Assembly (NCBI GenBank): GCA_015064255.1
Contig: SVSP01000003.1
Span: forward strand, 60,044 to 124,043
Reading direction: 5' to 3'
DNA length: 64,000 nt
Source of the DNA: Oscillospiraceae bacterium
GTDB taxonomy: Bacteria > Bacillota > Clostridia > Oscillospirales > CAG-272
The position numbers and the translations under genes were made by a program. Of the stretch, positions 44,786-54,372 are shown piece after piece. The notes below the pieces were generated by a model that was not told the DNA's origin, did not search any database, and saw only the letters and a program-made list of their open reading frames with translations. How positions within the stretch are numbered: position 1 is the stretch's first letter; the number at the start of each line of letters is the position of its first letter.

Positions 44786-47735
44786 CCGAATATCCCGAAG
44801 AAGTACTTACCATATTGTATCTTATGCGCATTTCGTAATAATCCTGCTGTGAAATAAGCACCGTTCTCGGCTTCTGACCGTCGGGAGCGCTTACTATTCC
44901 GCGCTGCTCCATTTCGTCAATGATCTTTGCGGCACGTCCGTAACCGAGTGAAAGCTTTCTCTGAATAAGTGAAGTCGATATTTTTCCTTCATCTACTGCA
45001 AGCTCAACTGCCTCGAAGAATTTAGGATCAAGCTCAACGTCGTCAGAGCCTCCGTCTGAAGAGGAAGATGAGCCGAATCCGCCGCCCTTCTTTTTCTTTT
45101 CTCCGCAAAGAGCTGCCTGCTCTTCGATCTCCTCTATAATATCGGCATCGAAGGAAGCCTCGCACTGATCTTTTATAAATTCAACGACTCTCTCAACCTC
45201 ATCGTCGCTTACAAACGCACCCTGAAGTCTGAGTGCCTTCATTTCCTGAACGGGAGCGTACAGCATATCACCGCGTCCGATGAGTTTTTCGGCTCCTGCG
45301 ACGTCAATTATAGTTCTTGAGTCTGCATTTGATGCAACGGTAAATGCAATTCTGGACGGAATATTAGCCTTGATAAGACCTGTAATAACATCAACCGAAG
45401 GACGCTGTGTACCAAGTATCATATGCATACCCGCCGCACGCGCCTTAGCGGCAAGACGGCAGATCGAATCTTCGACTTCGTCGCCTGCCTGCATCATAAG
45501 ATCGGCAAGCTCGTCTATTACAATAATGATGTGTGGTAGATATTCCATATCGCCATCGTCACTTTGAGCAACTATCGCATTATATCCCGCAAGATTTCTT
45601 ACTCCGTACTGTTCTATAAGCGTAAAGCGGCGCTCCATTTCGATTACCGCCCACGCAAGTGCGCCCGCCGCTTTCTGCGGTGCGTTAAGCACGGGAACAA
45701 GAAGGTGCGGAAGCTTATTGTAAACGTTAAGCTCAACCTTTTTAGGGTCAACGAGTATGAGTTTGACTTCGTCCGGCTTTGCTCTGTAAAGAAGGCTGAC
45801 GAGAAGGCTGTTTATACATACCGACTTACCCATACCGGTAGCACCCGCGATAAGAAGGTGGGGCATCTTTGCTATGTCAAGAAGCACCGGCTCGCCTGCA
45901 ATATTCACGCCGAGTGCGCAAGCAACCTTACTTTTGGCATTTCTGAACTGATCTGTATCTATAAGATTTCTGAGGAAAACGGTTGCTCTGCATCTGTTGG
46001 GAACTTCAATTCCGACAGCGACCTTGCCCGGAATAGGCTCGATACGAACACCGCTTGTCTTCATATTAAGCGCAATATCGTCAACAAGTCCCGAAATAGA
46101 GCGCACTTTTACGCCCGCCTTGGGAGCAACCTCGTATCTTGTGATCGTAGGTCCGTGAGAGATATGAACTATCTCAACGTCAACCTTGAAGCTCTTAAGA
46201 ACCTCTACAAGACGTTTTGCGTTAGCCTCAAGCTCCTCCTGAGAGTCACCCTCATTCGCCGCCTCGCCCACGCTGAGAAGATCGATCGGCGGAAGCCGAT
46301 AGGGATGTGTTTCGGGAATATCAAGCTCGGGCAGAGAGCTTTCGCGCTCAACCTCCATTATTTCCACGGGAAGGTCATCAAATTCATTCGGCGTTATAGA
46401 CGAAGCCTCGGGAACGATAATTTCGGTTTTAACCGTCTTTTCGGCTTTTTCTGCTCGGAGTTCATTTCCGTCGATATCATATTCCTTTTCACTCGGCGGA
46501 ATAAATTCACCCGAAGGAAGCTCGTCCGGATCATCGGAGAATATTTTCTTTACATCTTCTTCGCTGATCTCTTCGCCGAGAATTTCCTTATCCTCGACTT
46601 CCACGTCTTCCGCGGTCTTGTAGTTTTCTATCTCCTCCATATCAACGGGAGTTATTTCTATGGTCTTTTTATTGTTTGCGTTATGCTTTTCCGTATTTTC
46701 AGAGGGAATAACACTCTCGTCCTCATCGGAGTCGTCCTCTTCGAATACGGCATTTTCCTTTTCGCGTCTTTCTTTTTCGAGGCGTTCCTTTTCTTCTCTT
46801 TCGAGTCTTTCGCGCTCTGCTCTTTCTTTAGCGCGCTTTATTTCCTCTTCCTTTTCTCGCTTTTCGGCAGCAACACGCTCTTCTTCAAGTCTTGCAGCTT
46901 CAAGTGCCGCGGCTTCCTTTGCCGCTATACGTCTTTCCTTTGCGCGGGTATAAGATATTACTATTTTCTTATGTACCCATCTCACAAATCTTAGAAGCAC
47001 TCTTCCAAGACGTGCGGGAGTTATCTCAAACATAAACATAATTGCGGTAAGGAGAATAAAGGTCATAACGACAAGCGAAACCGTTTTAAATCCCGAATAA
47101 AGAAGTCCTCCGAAAAATCCTCCTATTATTCCTCCGCCGCTTCTGCCCGAAATAAAATTCCAATAAACCTTAAGATCCCAGAATTTTACAACCCTGTCAA
47201 ACACGCCAAAGGTCAGTCCCACGACCTGAATATAAGTTGAAAACGATGCAAGTGTAAGCGCGCCTATAACGATTTTGGGAACGAGAATATTTCTTACGAC
47301 GCTCTTCTTCCAAAAAATTGCATAAGCTATGAAAATAAGCGGAACAAACCAGGCACCGTAACCGAAAAGTCCGTAAAGCATTTGGCAGGTATAATATCCT
47401 ATCGGTCCAGAGATTCCGTCAACGCCCTTTTTCATATTCGTAAGCAGGATGCAAAATGCAAAAAACACCGCCAAAACGACCATCACAAAGATCATCGCCT
47501 GATTTCCGAGGCTATCGGGATTAGGTCTGCCCACACTCTCCTGCACAGTCGGTTCCTGCGGTACAGTTTTTGCTTTTTGCACAGCCTTTTCTCGATTTTC
47601 CTGTATTTTTACCTCGCTCTGATTACCGGGAGTTTTCTTTCTCTCTATTATATCAGGCTGCGTTTCTTTATTTTTCTTAGTAGCCATAACAAACGGCATT
47701 CCTTTCTTTTCAAATCTTTTATTATATATTTCCAA
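44775..47735 (-). CDS. ftsK: DNA translocase FtsK/SpoIIIE
   Basis: N-terminal TM helices, a charged E/K/R linker, motor domain (Walker A GATGMGKS, Walker B IIVIDELADL) and a C-terminal gamma winged helix (SLIQRKLSLGYGRAAKIIDEME). The start is ambiguous (TTG 47735, ATG 47699 or ATG 47687). Confidence 0.95.
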   Translation of the reverse strand: MEIYNKRFEKKGMPFVMATKKNKETQPDIIERKKTPGNQSEVKIQENREKAVQKAKTVPQEPTVQESVGRPNPDSLGNQAMIFVMVVLAVFFAFCILLTNMKKGVDGISGPIGYYTCQMLYGLFGYGAWFVPLIFIAYAIFWKKSVVRNILVPKIVIGALTLASFSTYIQVVGLTFGVFDRVVKFWDLKVYWNFISGRSGGGIIGGFFGGLLYSGFKTVSLVVMTFILLTAIMFMFEITPARLGRVLLRFVRWVHKKIVISYTRAKERRIAAKEAAALEAARLEEERVAAEKREKEEEIKRAKERAERERLEREEKERLEKERREKENAVFEEDDSDEDESVIPSENTEKHNANNKKTIEITPVDMEEIENYKTAEDVEVEDKEILGEEISEEDVKKIFSDDPDELPSGEFIPPSEKEYDIDGNELRAEKAEKTVKTEIIVPEASSITPNEFDDLPVEIMEVERESSLPELDIPETHPYRLPPIDLLSVGEAANEGDSQEELEANAKRLVEVLKSFKVDVEIVHISHGPTITRYEVAPKAGVKVRSISGLVDDIALNMKTSGVRIEPIPGKVAVGIEVPNRCRATVFLRNLIDTDQFRNAKSKVACALGVNIAGEPVLLDIAKMPHLLIAGATGMGKSVCINSLLVSLLYRAKPDEVKLILVDPKKVELNVYNKLPHLLVPVLNAPQKAAGALAWAVIEMERRFTLIEQYGVRNLAGYNAIVAQSDDGDMEYLPHIIIVIDELADLMMQAGDEVEDSICRLAAKARAAGMHMILGTQRPSVDVITGLIKANIPSRIAFTVASNADSRTIIDVAGAEKLIGRGDMLYAPVQEMKALRLQGAFVSDDEVERVVEFIKDQCEASFDADIIEEIEEQAALCGEKKKKGGGFGSSSSSDGGSDDVELDPKFFEAVELAVDEGKISTSLIQRKLSLGYGRAAKIIDEMEQRGIVSAPDGQKPRTVLISQQDYYEMRIRYNMVSTSSGYSDDE

Positions 47736-47751
47736 GTATTTTCAGACTGAT

Positions 47752-48585
47752 TTATGCGAAAAAGCTCCAAACAACAGCAAATGCTCCCACTGCGAAGCAG
47801 TAATATGAAAACATTCTGAAATTGGATTTTTTAGATATGTAAGAGAGAAGCTTTATCGCGCATATTCCAACGACAGCCGAAACTGCCGCACCCGCGATAT
47901 AAATCCCAAGCGTACCCAAATCCGGAATTTCGGCAAAAAAATCGGGAAGCTTCAAAATCGATGCACCGAGTATTGCGGGAATCGAAAGCAAAAACGAAAA
48001 TCTTACCGCATCGGGTCTTTCAAGTCCGTTAAGAAGACCGCCTGTTATAGTCGAGCCCGAGCGCGATATTCCCGGCAGAAGTGCTACCGCCTGACAAAGT
48101 CCTATCAGAAGTGCGTTTTTCGGCTTTATTTCATCAAGAGTTCTGTTTCCTCTTGAAAGTTTATCCGAGATCATAAGAACAAGTCCGTTGAAAATAAGAA
48201 GCGCTCCGATTATTACAAGATATGATGAAACCATATCGAGATAATCTTCTATCAAAATCATAGGAACAAGCGGAAGTGTTCCGATTATTATGTAAATAAC
48301 GAGCTTTTCGTGCAAGGTATATTCACTAAGCTTGAAATTCTTATGAAAAAGTTTTCCGCAAAGCGAAAAAAACGATTTTACAAGTCCGAAAATATCTTTA
48401 TAGTAAACGGCAAATACCGCGATAAGAGTTCCGAGATGGAGAAGCACGTTAAAAGCCACCGCATCCATTTCCTCGCCAAATCCAAGTATATTCTGAAGCA
48501 TAGCAAGATGTCCCGAGCTTGACACAGGTAAGAACTCTGTAAGCCCCTGTATTATACCGTAAAAAATCGCTTCCCAAATGCTCAT
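47752..48585 (-). CDS. uppP: Undecaprenyl-diphosphate phosphatase
   Basis: GLTEFLPVSSSGHL and PGISRSGSTI are the BacA/UppP motifs. 277 aa. Confidence 0.95.
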   Translation of the reverse strand: MSIWEAIFYGIIQGLTEFLPVSSSGHLAMLQNILGFGEEMDAVAFNVLLHLGTLIAVFAVYYKDIFGLVKSFFSLCGKLFHKNFKLSEYTLHEKLVIYIIIGTLPLVPMILIEDYLDMVSSYLVIIGALLIFNGLVLMISDKLSRGNRTLDEIKPKNALLIGLCQAVALLPGISRSGSTITGGLLNGLERPDAVRFSFLLSIPAILGASILKLPDFFAEIPDLGTLGIYIAGAAVSAVVGICAIKLLSYISKKSNFRMFSYYCFAVGAFAVVWSFFA

Positions 48586-48830
48586 CTGTCTGTTTTCTCC
48601 TTTGCCGTCATATTTTTAAATCTTACTGTATGACATAACTATACATATTAATATTACCATATTATCTTAAAAATTACAATAGTAAGTGCAAATAAATTTA
48701 ATTATGTTTTCTGCAAAATACGACAATTTTAATATTTTTCCCATATATTTCGATTTATTTTAAGACCAAAGACCGCCTCATACCCAAAACAAAGGCAAGA
48801 AGCGGTCTTTATTGATTTTTTCTTTTACGA

Positions 48831-50237
48831 TCAGCCTTCATTATCTCCGCCGTAGAGTCCCTGATCCACCCTCAAAAGCTCTTCGGGAGTCATCGAAACG
48901 TACTTCAAATGCTGGGCATACGTAGTTGCGTAAACGTTATATCCGTTTGTCTTATTAATGAAATAATAGAAATTACGGTCACTCGGATAAAGTGCAGCCT
49001 TTATCGCCGTAAGCGACGGATTACATATCGGTCCTGGTGTGAAGAAATGATTTCCTTTACGCGTATTATACAGAGAGTCAACAAGGAGGTCCTCTGCCGT
49101 AAGCTCGGGATGTCTTTCTCCCTCAAAATGTCTGAAATAGTACTGAAGAGTCGCGTCACAGTCGAAGCGCACGAAATCTCTGCTCTTAAGTCTGTTATGC
49201 AGGACCGCCGAAACGAACTCATAATCTGCGGCATACTTTGCTTCGCACTGAATTATCGATGCAAGTATGAGTGCCTCGTCTATTGTGATACCGAGCTCCC
49301 TGCATCTGTCTGCATATGCCTCATTGAACTTTTTACCGAAGTTGTTGAGTATCTTCTTCAGCACCGAAACCTCGCTGCTCGTCGTATAGAAATAGTAGGT
49401 ATCGGGGTAGAGATACCCGTCAAGACGGTAAAATCTTTCTTCACTGACAGTATCTTCAAGCGGTTCAAGGAACCAGTAATTAAGCTCTGCATTATTTATG
49501 GCATCAACAAAGCCTTCCCTTGTTCCTATTCCCTTAGACAGGAAAAGATCGATCACGTCGTCCGTCGTAAAGCCTTCGGGAATCGTTATTACTACCGTTT
49601 CTCTCGGAGGCACAGGATTAAGATTTGACAGTATTACGTCATAGTTATTATTCGACGAAAAGGTATGCGTTCCCTCTTTCAGAACAAATTCTCCTTCATT
49701 TTTGAGCTTAACGTAAAGCTGGAAAAATCCCGGATAATTTATCGCTCCTTTTTCATAAAGCAGGTCTGCAAGTGCTTCAAGCGACATATTCGTATCGTCG
49801 ATCGTAATTTCTACCGTTACGTCGTCTTTTACAAATGCAAACGCATCGTTTGCACGTGTAATGATATAATGCGCAAGAACCATAGCAAGAATTAAGACAA
49901 CAACAAGATAACTTACCGTAAACAAAAGACTTCTTACGCCCGAGCCGCGGTCATAACGCACCTTATGCTTTACGACTTCTTTTACCCGAACTTCCTCGCC
50001 GTCTTTCTGCAAAGACAGCTTATCGACCGGTATATCAAATCCGAGCGAATTATCACTTCCCTGCGAGTTATACGCCGACAATGAAGTTTCATCGCTTCCG
50101 AAGGATACCTTTTCGATAACGTTATCCTTACGTGTAAATATTTCTTTTTTGTCTTCTGAAATCGAAGCTTTTTTCTTTGGCACGGGAGCTTTATTTACAA
50201 GATCGTCGCTACCGTTTACCGTCTTCTTTTTTGGCAT
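48831..50237 (-). CDS. mltG: Endolytic murein transglycosylase MltG (YceG-like) with a long N-terminal extension
   Basis: TM helix at about aa 105-125, then the YceG domain (ILASIIQCEA, LYNTRKG..GPICNP). Confidence 0.85.
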   Translation of the reverse strand: MPKKKTVNGSDDLVNKAPVPKKKASISEDKKEIFTRKDNVIEKVSFGSDETSLSAYNSQGSDNSLGFDIPVDKLSLQKDGEEVRVKEVVKHKVRYDRGSGVRSLLFTVSYLVVVLILAMVLAHYIITRANDAFAFVKDDVTVEITIDDTNMSLEALADLLYEKGAINYPGFFQLYVKLKNEGEFVLKEGTHTFSSNNNYDVILSNLNPVPPRETVVITIPEGFTTDDVIDLFLSKGIGTREGFVDAINNAELNYWFLEPLEDTVSEERFYRLDGYLYPDTYYFYTTSSEVSVLKKILNNFGKKFNEAYADRCRELGITIDEALILASIIQCEAKYAADYEFVSAVLHNRLKSRDFVRFDCDATLQYYFRHFEGERHPELTAEDLLVDSLYNTRKGNHFFTPGPICNPSLTAIKAALYPSDRNFYYFINKTNGYNVYATTYAQHLKYVSMTPEELLRVDQGLYGGDNEG

Positions 50238-50321
50238 AATTCTCTATCCTTTCGGGATTTTATTCCCGGAAATATTCTATGTTACCTTACCGATTTTATA
50301 CCGTACGGTAAATGTAAATAA

Positions 50322-51206
50322 TTACTTTGCGGCTTTTTTGTATTCTTCGATCTTATCTACAACACGTTTTGCCACTCTGTACATATATTTTGCCATTTCG
50401 GGCATAAATTCTTTCTGAATACCCGAAAAAGCGTTATCCGATTCAAGCGTGAAAACACCCTTGTAATCGATATCGGCAAAAGCCTTTGCTACTGCATCCC
50501 AATCTATGCTTCCCATACCGATAGCAATATGCTTATCCGAAATAAAATCGTTATCGTGTACGTGAAGCGCGCCGAGACGGTCGTGACCGAGAATTCTTAT
50601 AGCATCCTGAGGGTCTGTTCCCACAAGACCGCAATGACCGATATCAAGGCAGCAAGTGAAAACGTCGCTGTTAAGCTCGTCGAAATATTCGGTAAATCCG
50701 CCGTCGAAGCAGCAGACCGAAGGAATGATCTTCTTTGTTCTCGGATAACACTGGAACATATTTTCAAGACATATTCTTACGCCTGCTTTTTCTGCGTAAG
50801 GACGAAGAATATTATAGTATTCCATATTGATATCGTGAAGCTTTTCTTTATTATCCCTATACGGAATATAGTGAAGAGGATGTACAATAAGTGTATCAAC
50901 GCCGAGAATTTCGCATAATTCTATTGTTTTTATAATTATCGGAACGATCTCTGTTTTGTAGTTTGCGCTCTTATCGGAAGAGAAAACGAAAGGTGCGTGA
51001 GCCTGATTGTATGTCATTCCGATAGAATCGGCATAAGCTCTGAGGTCCTTTGCAAACTCAACGGCGTTTTCTCCGAGTCTTACCGTATCCATAGTATCGA
51101 AAAAGCTGAAATCGGCGCAGTCAAAGCCCGCTTCCTTAATAATTCTGAGTGCTTCTTTAGGTCCGAAAACCGAAGTAAGTCTATGTGTCTGAGTTGAAAT
51201 AAGCAT
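50322..51206 (-). CDS. Xylose-isomerase-like TIM-barrel protein (sugar phosphate isomerase/epimerase family)
   Basis: LIVHP..CLENM..DIGH..HVHDN is the metal-ligand pattern of the AP_endonuc_2 fold. The ATG at 51206 has a GAAGG RBS 7 nt upstream. Confidence 0.75.
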   Translation of the reverse strand: MLISTQTHRLTSVFGPKEALRIIKEAGFDCADFSFFDTMDTVRLGENAVEFAKDLRAYADSIGMTYNQAHAPFVFSSDKSANYKTEIVPIIIKTIELCEILGVDTLIVHPLHYIPYRDNKEKLHDINMEYYNILRPYAEKAGVRICLENMFQCYPRTKKIIPSVCCFDGGFTEYFDELNSDVFTCCLDIGHCGLVGTDPQDAIRILGHDRLGALHVHDNDFISDKHIAIGMGSIDWDAVAKAFADIDYKGVFTLESDNAFSGIQKEFMPEMAKYMYRVAKRVVDKIEEYKKAAK

Positions 51207-51242
51207 ATTTATACCTTCTTTCCGCATACTCGAGTACGCTTT

Positions 51243-51965
51243 TTATTTTTCGAGAGTCTTAAGGTATTCAAAGCATATACGAGCTTCTTCGCTTCCCGAA
51301 GGAGTGAGAGTTTCGCTCTCAACTACCATCATAAAGCCAAGCTCCTGCGCTTTTGCGTAAACAGCATCAACGGGAGCAGTTCCCATACCGAGAGGCTTAC
51401 CCTCGCCGTTACTGAGACCGTCCTTGATGTGTATGCAGTTCATTCTGTCCTTGTACTTTTCAAGAAGCTCCACCGGATCTCTCTTAGCGTTATACGCCCA
51501 GTAAGTATCGATCTCGAACATAAGAGTCGTACGGCTTGCAAGCTCGTCGTGGATTATCTTGCCGTAAGACGTAGGAATAAACTCGTGAGAATGGTTATGA
51601 TATCCGAGTGTAATGCCTTCTTTGGCAAGCTTTACCTGTGCTTCATTCATAACCGTTATAAATTCATCAAGCTTTTCCTGTGTGGAAAGGTCTGCACCGG
51701 GAACGATATAGTTTTTATTTCCGATCGCCTTATGGTACGCAAGAGTTTCTTCAAAGTTATCTCTGAGGTCTGTCCACGAAGAATGTGTTCCCGAAATTTT
51801 AAGTCCGTACTTATCGAGCATAGCGTTTATCTCATCTGCGCTGTGACCGAAAAATCCTGCGAACTCAACGTACTTATATCCGATCTTAGCAACTGTTGCA
51901 AGTGCCAAATCCATATCTTTAGCAGTTATATCTCTGAGTGAGTACATCTGTATTGAATATTCCAT
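51243..51965 (-). CDS. Xylose-isomerase-like TIM-barrel protein (sugar phosphate isomerase/epimerase family)
   Basis: YVEFAGF..YHNHSHEF..DTYW..IHIKD pattern. 240 aa. Confidence 0.75.
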   Translation of the reverse strand: MEYSIQMYSLRDITAKDMDLALATVAKIGYKYVEFAGFFGHSADEINAMLDKYGLKISGTHSSWTDLRDNFEETLAYHKAIGNKNYIVPGADLSTQEKLDEFITVMNEAQVKLAKEGITLGYHNHSHEFIPTSYGKIIHDELASRTTLMFEIDTYWAYNAKRDPVELLEKYKDRMNCIHIKDGLSNGEGKPLGMGTAPVDAVYAKAQELGFMMVVESETLTPSGSEEARICFEYLKTLEK

Positions 51966-52010
51966 AAAATTTTCCGCCTTTCTTTTTACAGTTATGTAAA
52001 ATATATAAGT

Positions 52011-53720
52011 TTAGTCGTTCTGCTGTGCTTTAAGATATTTTTCCATATCTCTCTGTCTTATCTCGGCACGGCGAACCTTTCCGCTTGTGGTTTTCGGAAG
52101 CGCCTCGACAAATTCGATAACTCTCGGATACTTATAGGGAGCTGTGTTCTTCTTAACGTAGTTCTGAAGCTCTCGTACAAGCTCGTCTGTGCCTTCGTAA
52201 CCCTTCTGAAGAACGATAGTAGCCTTTACGTTAAAGCCTCTTACCGGATCGGGAACGCCTGTTACAGCGACCTCAAGTACCGCAGGGTGTTCGATAAGCA
52301 CGCTTTCAATTTCAAACGGACCGATTCTGTATCCCGAAGATTTGATAATATCGTCATTTCTTCCGACGTAATGGATATATCCTGTTTCGTCCTTATATGC
52401 CGTATCTCCCGTATGGAAGAATCCACCGTAATAAACTGCCTCTGTATCCTCTACGCTTCTGTTATAGCTATGGCAAACACCGACGGGACGCGTTTCATAC
52501 TCTGTCTTTATACAGATCTCGCCGACCTGACCAACTGAACAATCCTCTCCGTCAAGGTCGATAATATGAACGTCTATATGAGGTGCAGATCTACCGATAG
52601 CACCAAGCATCGGCTTCATATACGGATAGAAGGTACCTATTGCTACCGTAGTTTCTGTCTGACCGAATCCTTCGTATATATCAAGTCCTGTCTGTTCTTT
52701 CCAAGAGTTGTATATTTCGGGGTTAAGCGCCTCACCTGCCGTACAGCAGTGTACGATAGAAGAAAGATCATACTTCGTTACGTCATTCTGAAGAATAAAT
52801 CTGTACATTGTTGGCGGAACACAGAATGTTGTAACTTTATATTTTTCAATAACCGCGAGGATATCCGCGCCGTTGAACTTATCAAAGTCATATACCATTA
52901 TTGCGCTTTCGCCAAACCACTGACCGTACATCTTACCCCAAAGCGATTTAAGCCAGCCCGTATCCGAAACGGTAAAATGAAGTCCGCCGTCTACAACTCT
53001 GTGCCAGAAAACGCCTGTCATAATGTGTCCGAGAGGGTATCTGAAATCGTGAGCTACCATCTTCGGATAGCTTGTTGTTCCTGACGAGAATGAGTAAAGC
53101 ATAACGTCGGTTGCCTTTACAGCGTCCTCGCCCGTAGGGCGTGTCCAGCCCGTAGGATCGGTTGCTTCAAACTCTTTTTCAAAGTCTATCCAGCCTTCGC
53201 CTGCGTCCTTATGGCCGATAACGAGCTTATGCTCTACAGTATTATACTGACCTTCACCCTCATCATAATATTTTGTGCAGTCGCCGTGGTCTGTGATAAC
53301 GGCAGCCTTTATCTCGGCTTTATTGCAGCGGTAAATATAGTCCTTTGCCATAAGCATATCGGTTGCCTGAACTGTTATTGCGCCGATCTTATGCAGACCG
53401 AGTATGCAGAACCAGAACAGATAGTGGCGGCGGAGTATCAGAAGCACGCTGTCGCCCTTTTTTATCCCGAGCGAGGTGAAATACTTTGCTGCTCTATCAG
53501 ATTCTCTTGCAACGTCGGCAAAGGTGAATACCTTTTCGCGTCCGTCAGCTCCGAGCCATACAAGTGCTGTCTTATCGGGATGCTCCTTTGCAAGAACATC
53601 GATAACGTCATACGCAAAGTTGAAGTCATCGTTATATATAAATTTTATCGAAGAGCGAAGCTCCTCAAACGTTTTGTAATCGTCTCTGTGTTTTCCTATA
53701 AATCTTTCGTATATTGGCAT
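52011..53720 (-). CDS. AMP-forming acyl-CoA synthetase (medium-chain / ACSM-like)
   Basis: AMP-binding motif YSFSSGTTSYPKMV, then YEGFGQTETT, GDTAY and the C-terminal LPKTTSGKVRR. The ATG at 53720 is preferred; the track start is a TTG within the RBS. Confidence 0.85.
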   Translation of the reverse strand: MPIYERFIGKHRDDYKTFEELRSSIKFIYNDDFNFAYDVIDVLAKEHPDKTALVWLGADGREKVFTFADVARESDRAAKYFTSLGIKKGDSVLLILRRHYLFWFCILGLHKIGAITVQATDMLMAKDYIYRCNKAEIKAAVITDHGDCTKYYDEGEGQYNTVEHKLVIGHKDAGEGWIDFEKEFEATDPTGWTRPTGEDAVKATDVMLYSFSSGTTSYPKMVAHDFRYPLGHIMTGVFWHRVVDGGLHFTVSDTGWLKSLWGKMYGQWFGESAIMVYDFDKFNGADILAVIEKYKVTTFCVPPTMYRFILQNDVTKYDLSSIVHCCTAGEALNPEIYNSWKEQTGLDIYEGFGQTETTVAIGTFYPYMKPMLGAIGRSAPHIDVHIIDLDGEDCSVGQVGEICIKTEYETRPVGVCHSYNRSVEDTEAVYYGGFFHTGDTAYKDETGYIHYVGRNDDIIKSSGYRIGPFEIESVLIEHPAVLEVAVTGVPDPVRGFNVKATIVLQKGYEGTDELVRELQNYVKKNTAPYKYPRVIEFVEALPKTTSGKVRRAEIRQRDMEKYLKAQQND

Positions 53721-53758
53721 TGCTAATTTAGATCCTTTCAAATTACGGTTTTAGGACC

Positions 53759-54310
53759 TTATTTCATAACTATCGCGAGAAAACGCGCAGGCTTTCCGTC
53801 GAGAGCATTTTGAGCGTGAGGCACTCCCGAATCAAAATAAACGCTGTCGCCTTCTTCAAGCTCATAGGTGATTTCACCTATCTTAAAGAGCATTCTTCCC
53901 TCGATAATATAATTAAATTCCTGTCCCTCGTGTGCATTGAGTGCAGGAAGCTCATCTCTGGGTTCTACTGTTACGAGAAAAGGTTCTGCTTTTTTATTTC
54001 TGAATGTAAAGGCAAGGTGCTTATAGTCATACGCTTTATTTCTCGTGACCGCAAAGCCCTGTCCTTTTTTGACCATAGAGCAAACCGAAAGCTTAGGCGA
54101 TTCGCCGCTCATAAGGTCAAGTATATCGACACCGAGTACTTCGGCGCAGTTATACAAAAAACTGAATGAAAAATCAAGTTCTCCGTTCTCATACGCAATA
54201 TACTTTTCAACCGGAACTCCGAGCCGCTCTGCCATTGTGGCGGGCGTCATATCGCAAACGTCGCGAAGTGTCGCAAGTCGAAGACCGATTTCTTTGATTT
54301 GTTCAGTCAT
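53759..54310 (-). CDS. XRE-family HTH regulator fused to a cupin sensor domain
   Basis: N-terminal HTH (IGLRLATLRDVCDMTPATMAERLGV) and C-terminal cupin (HEGQEFNYIIEGRM..GDSVYFDSGVPH). Confidence 0.85.
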   Translation of the reverse strand: MTEQIKEIGLRLATLRDVCDMTPATMAERLGVPVEKYIAYENGELDFSFSFLYNCAEVLGVDILDLMSGESPKLSVCSMVKKGQGFAVTRNKAYDYKHLAFTFRNKKAEPFLVTVEPRDELPALNAHEGQEFNYIIEGRMLFKIGEITYELEEGDSVYFDSGVPHAQNALDGKPARFLAIVMK

Positions 54311-54372
54311 AGTATTATGGCCGTCCTTTCTGTTTTTATTTTACAAAGCCGTAGCGTTGCTGCTTCTGCCGT

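Noticed and set aside
46700-46960. A purine-rich, repetitive DNA stretch inside ftsK encoding ERERLEREEKERLEKERREKE.
   Set aside because: It is in frame within the FtsK linker between the membrane and motor domains. Charged low-complexity linkers are normal for FtsK/SpoIIIE, and it is not a separate element.
45564-46994. Very long antisense ORFs: 476 aa opposite ftsK, and likewise 57751-59319 (522 aa), 55321-56496 (391 aa), 28561-29553 (330 aa), 23896-24807 (303 aa), 8593-9471 (292 aa) and 40595-41350 (251 aa).
   Set aside because: Each lies fully inside a gene with strong family motifs on the other strand. Their translations are low-complexity (rich in F, Y, R, C and K) with no motifs or RBS. 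They are the expected shadow of a codon usage that avoids TTA, CTA and TCA on the sense strand. They are useful only as a contrast to the AT-rich islet, which lacks them.
50296-50311. A perfect 12-nt palindrome, TACCGTACGGTA, between the TIM-barrel gene and mltG.
   Set aside because: It is a single short occurrence in a 3' UTR. It is most simply part of a weak terminator hairpin, and nothing supports an operator.
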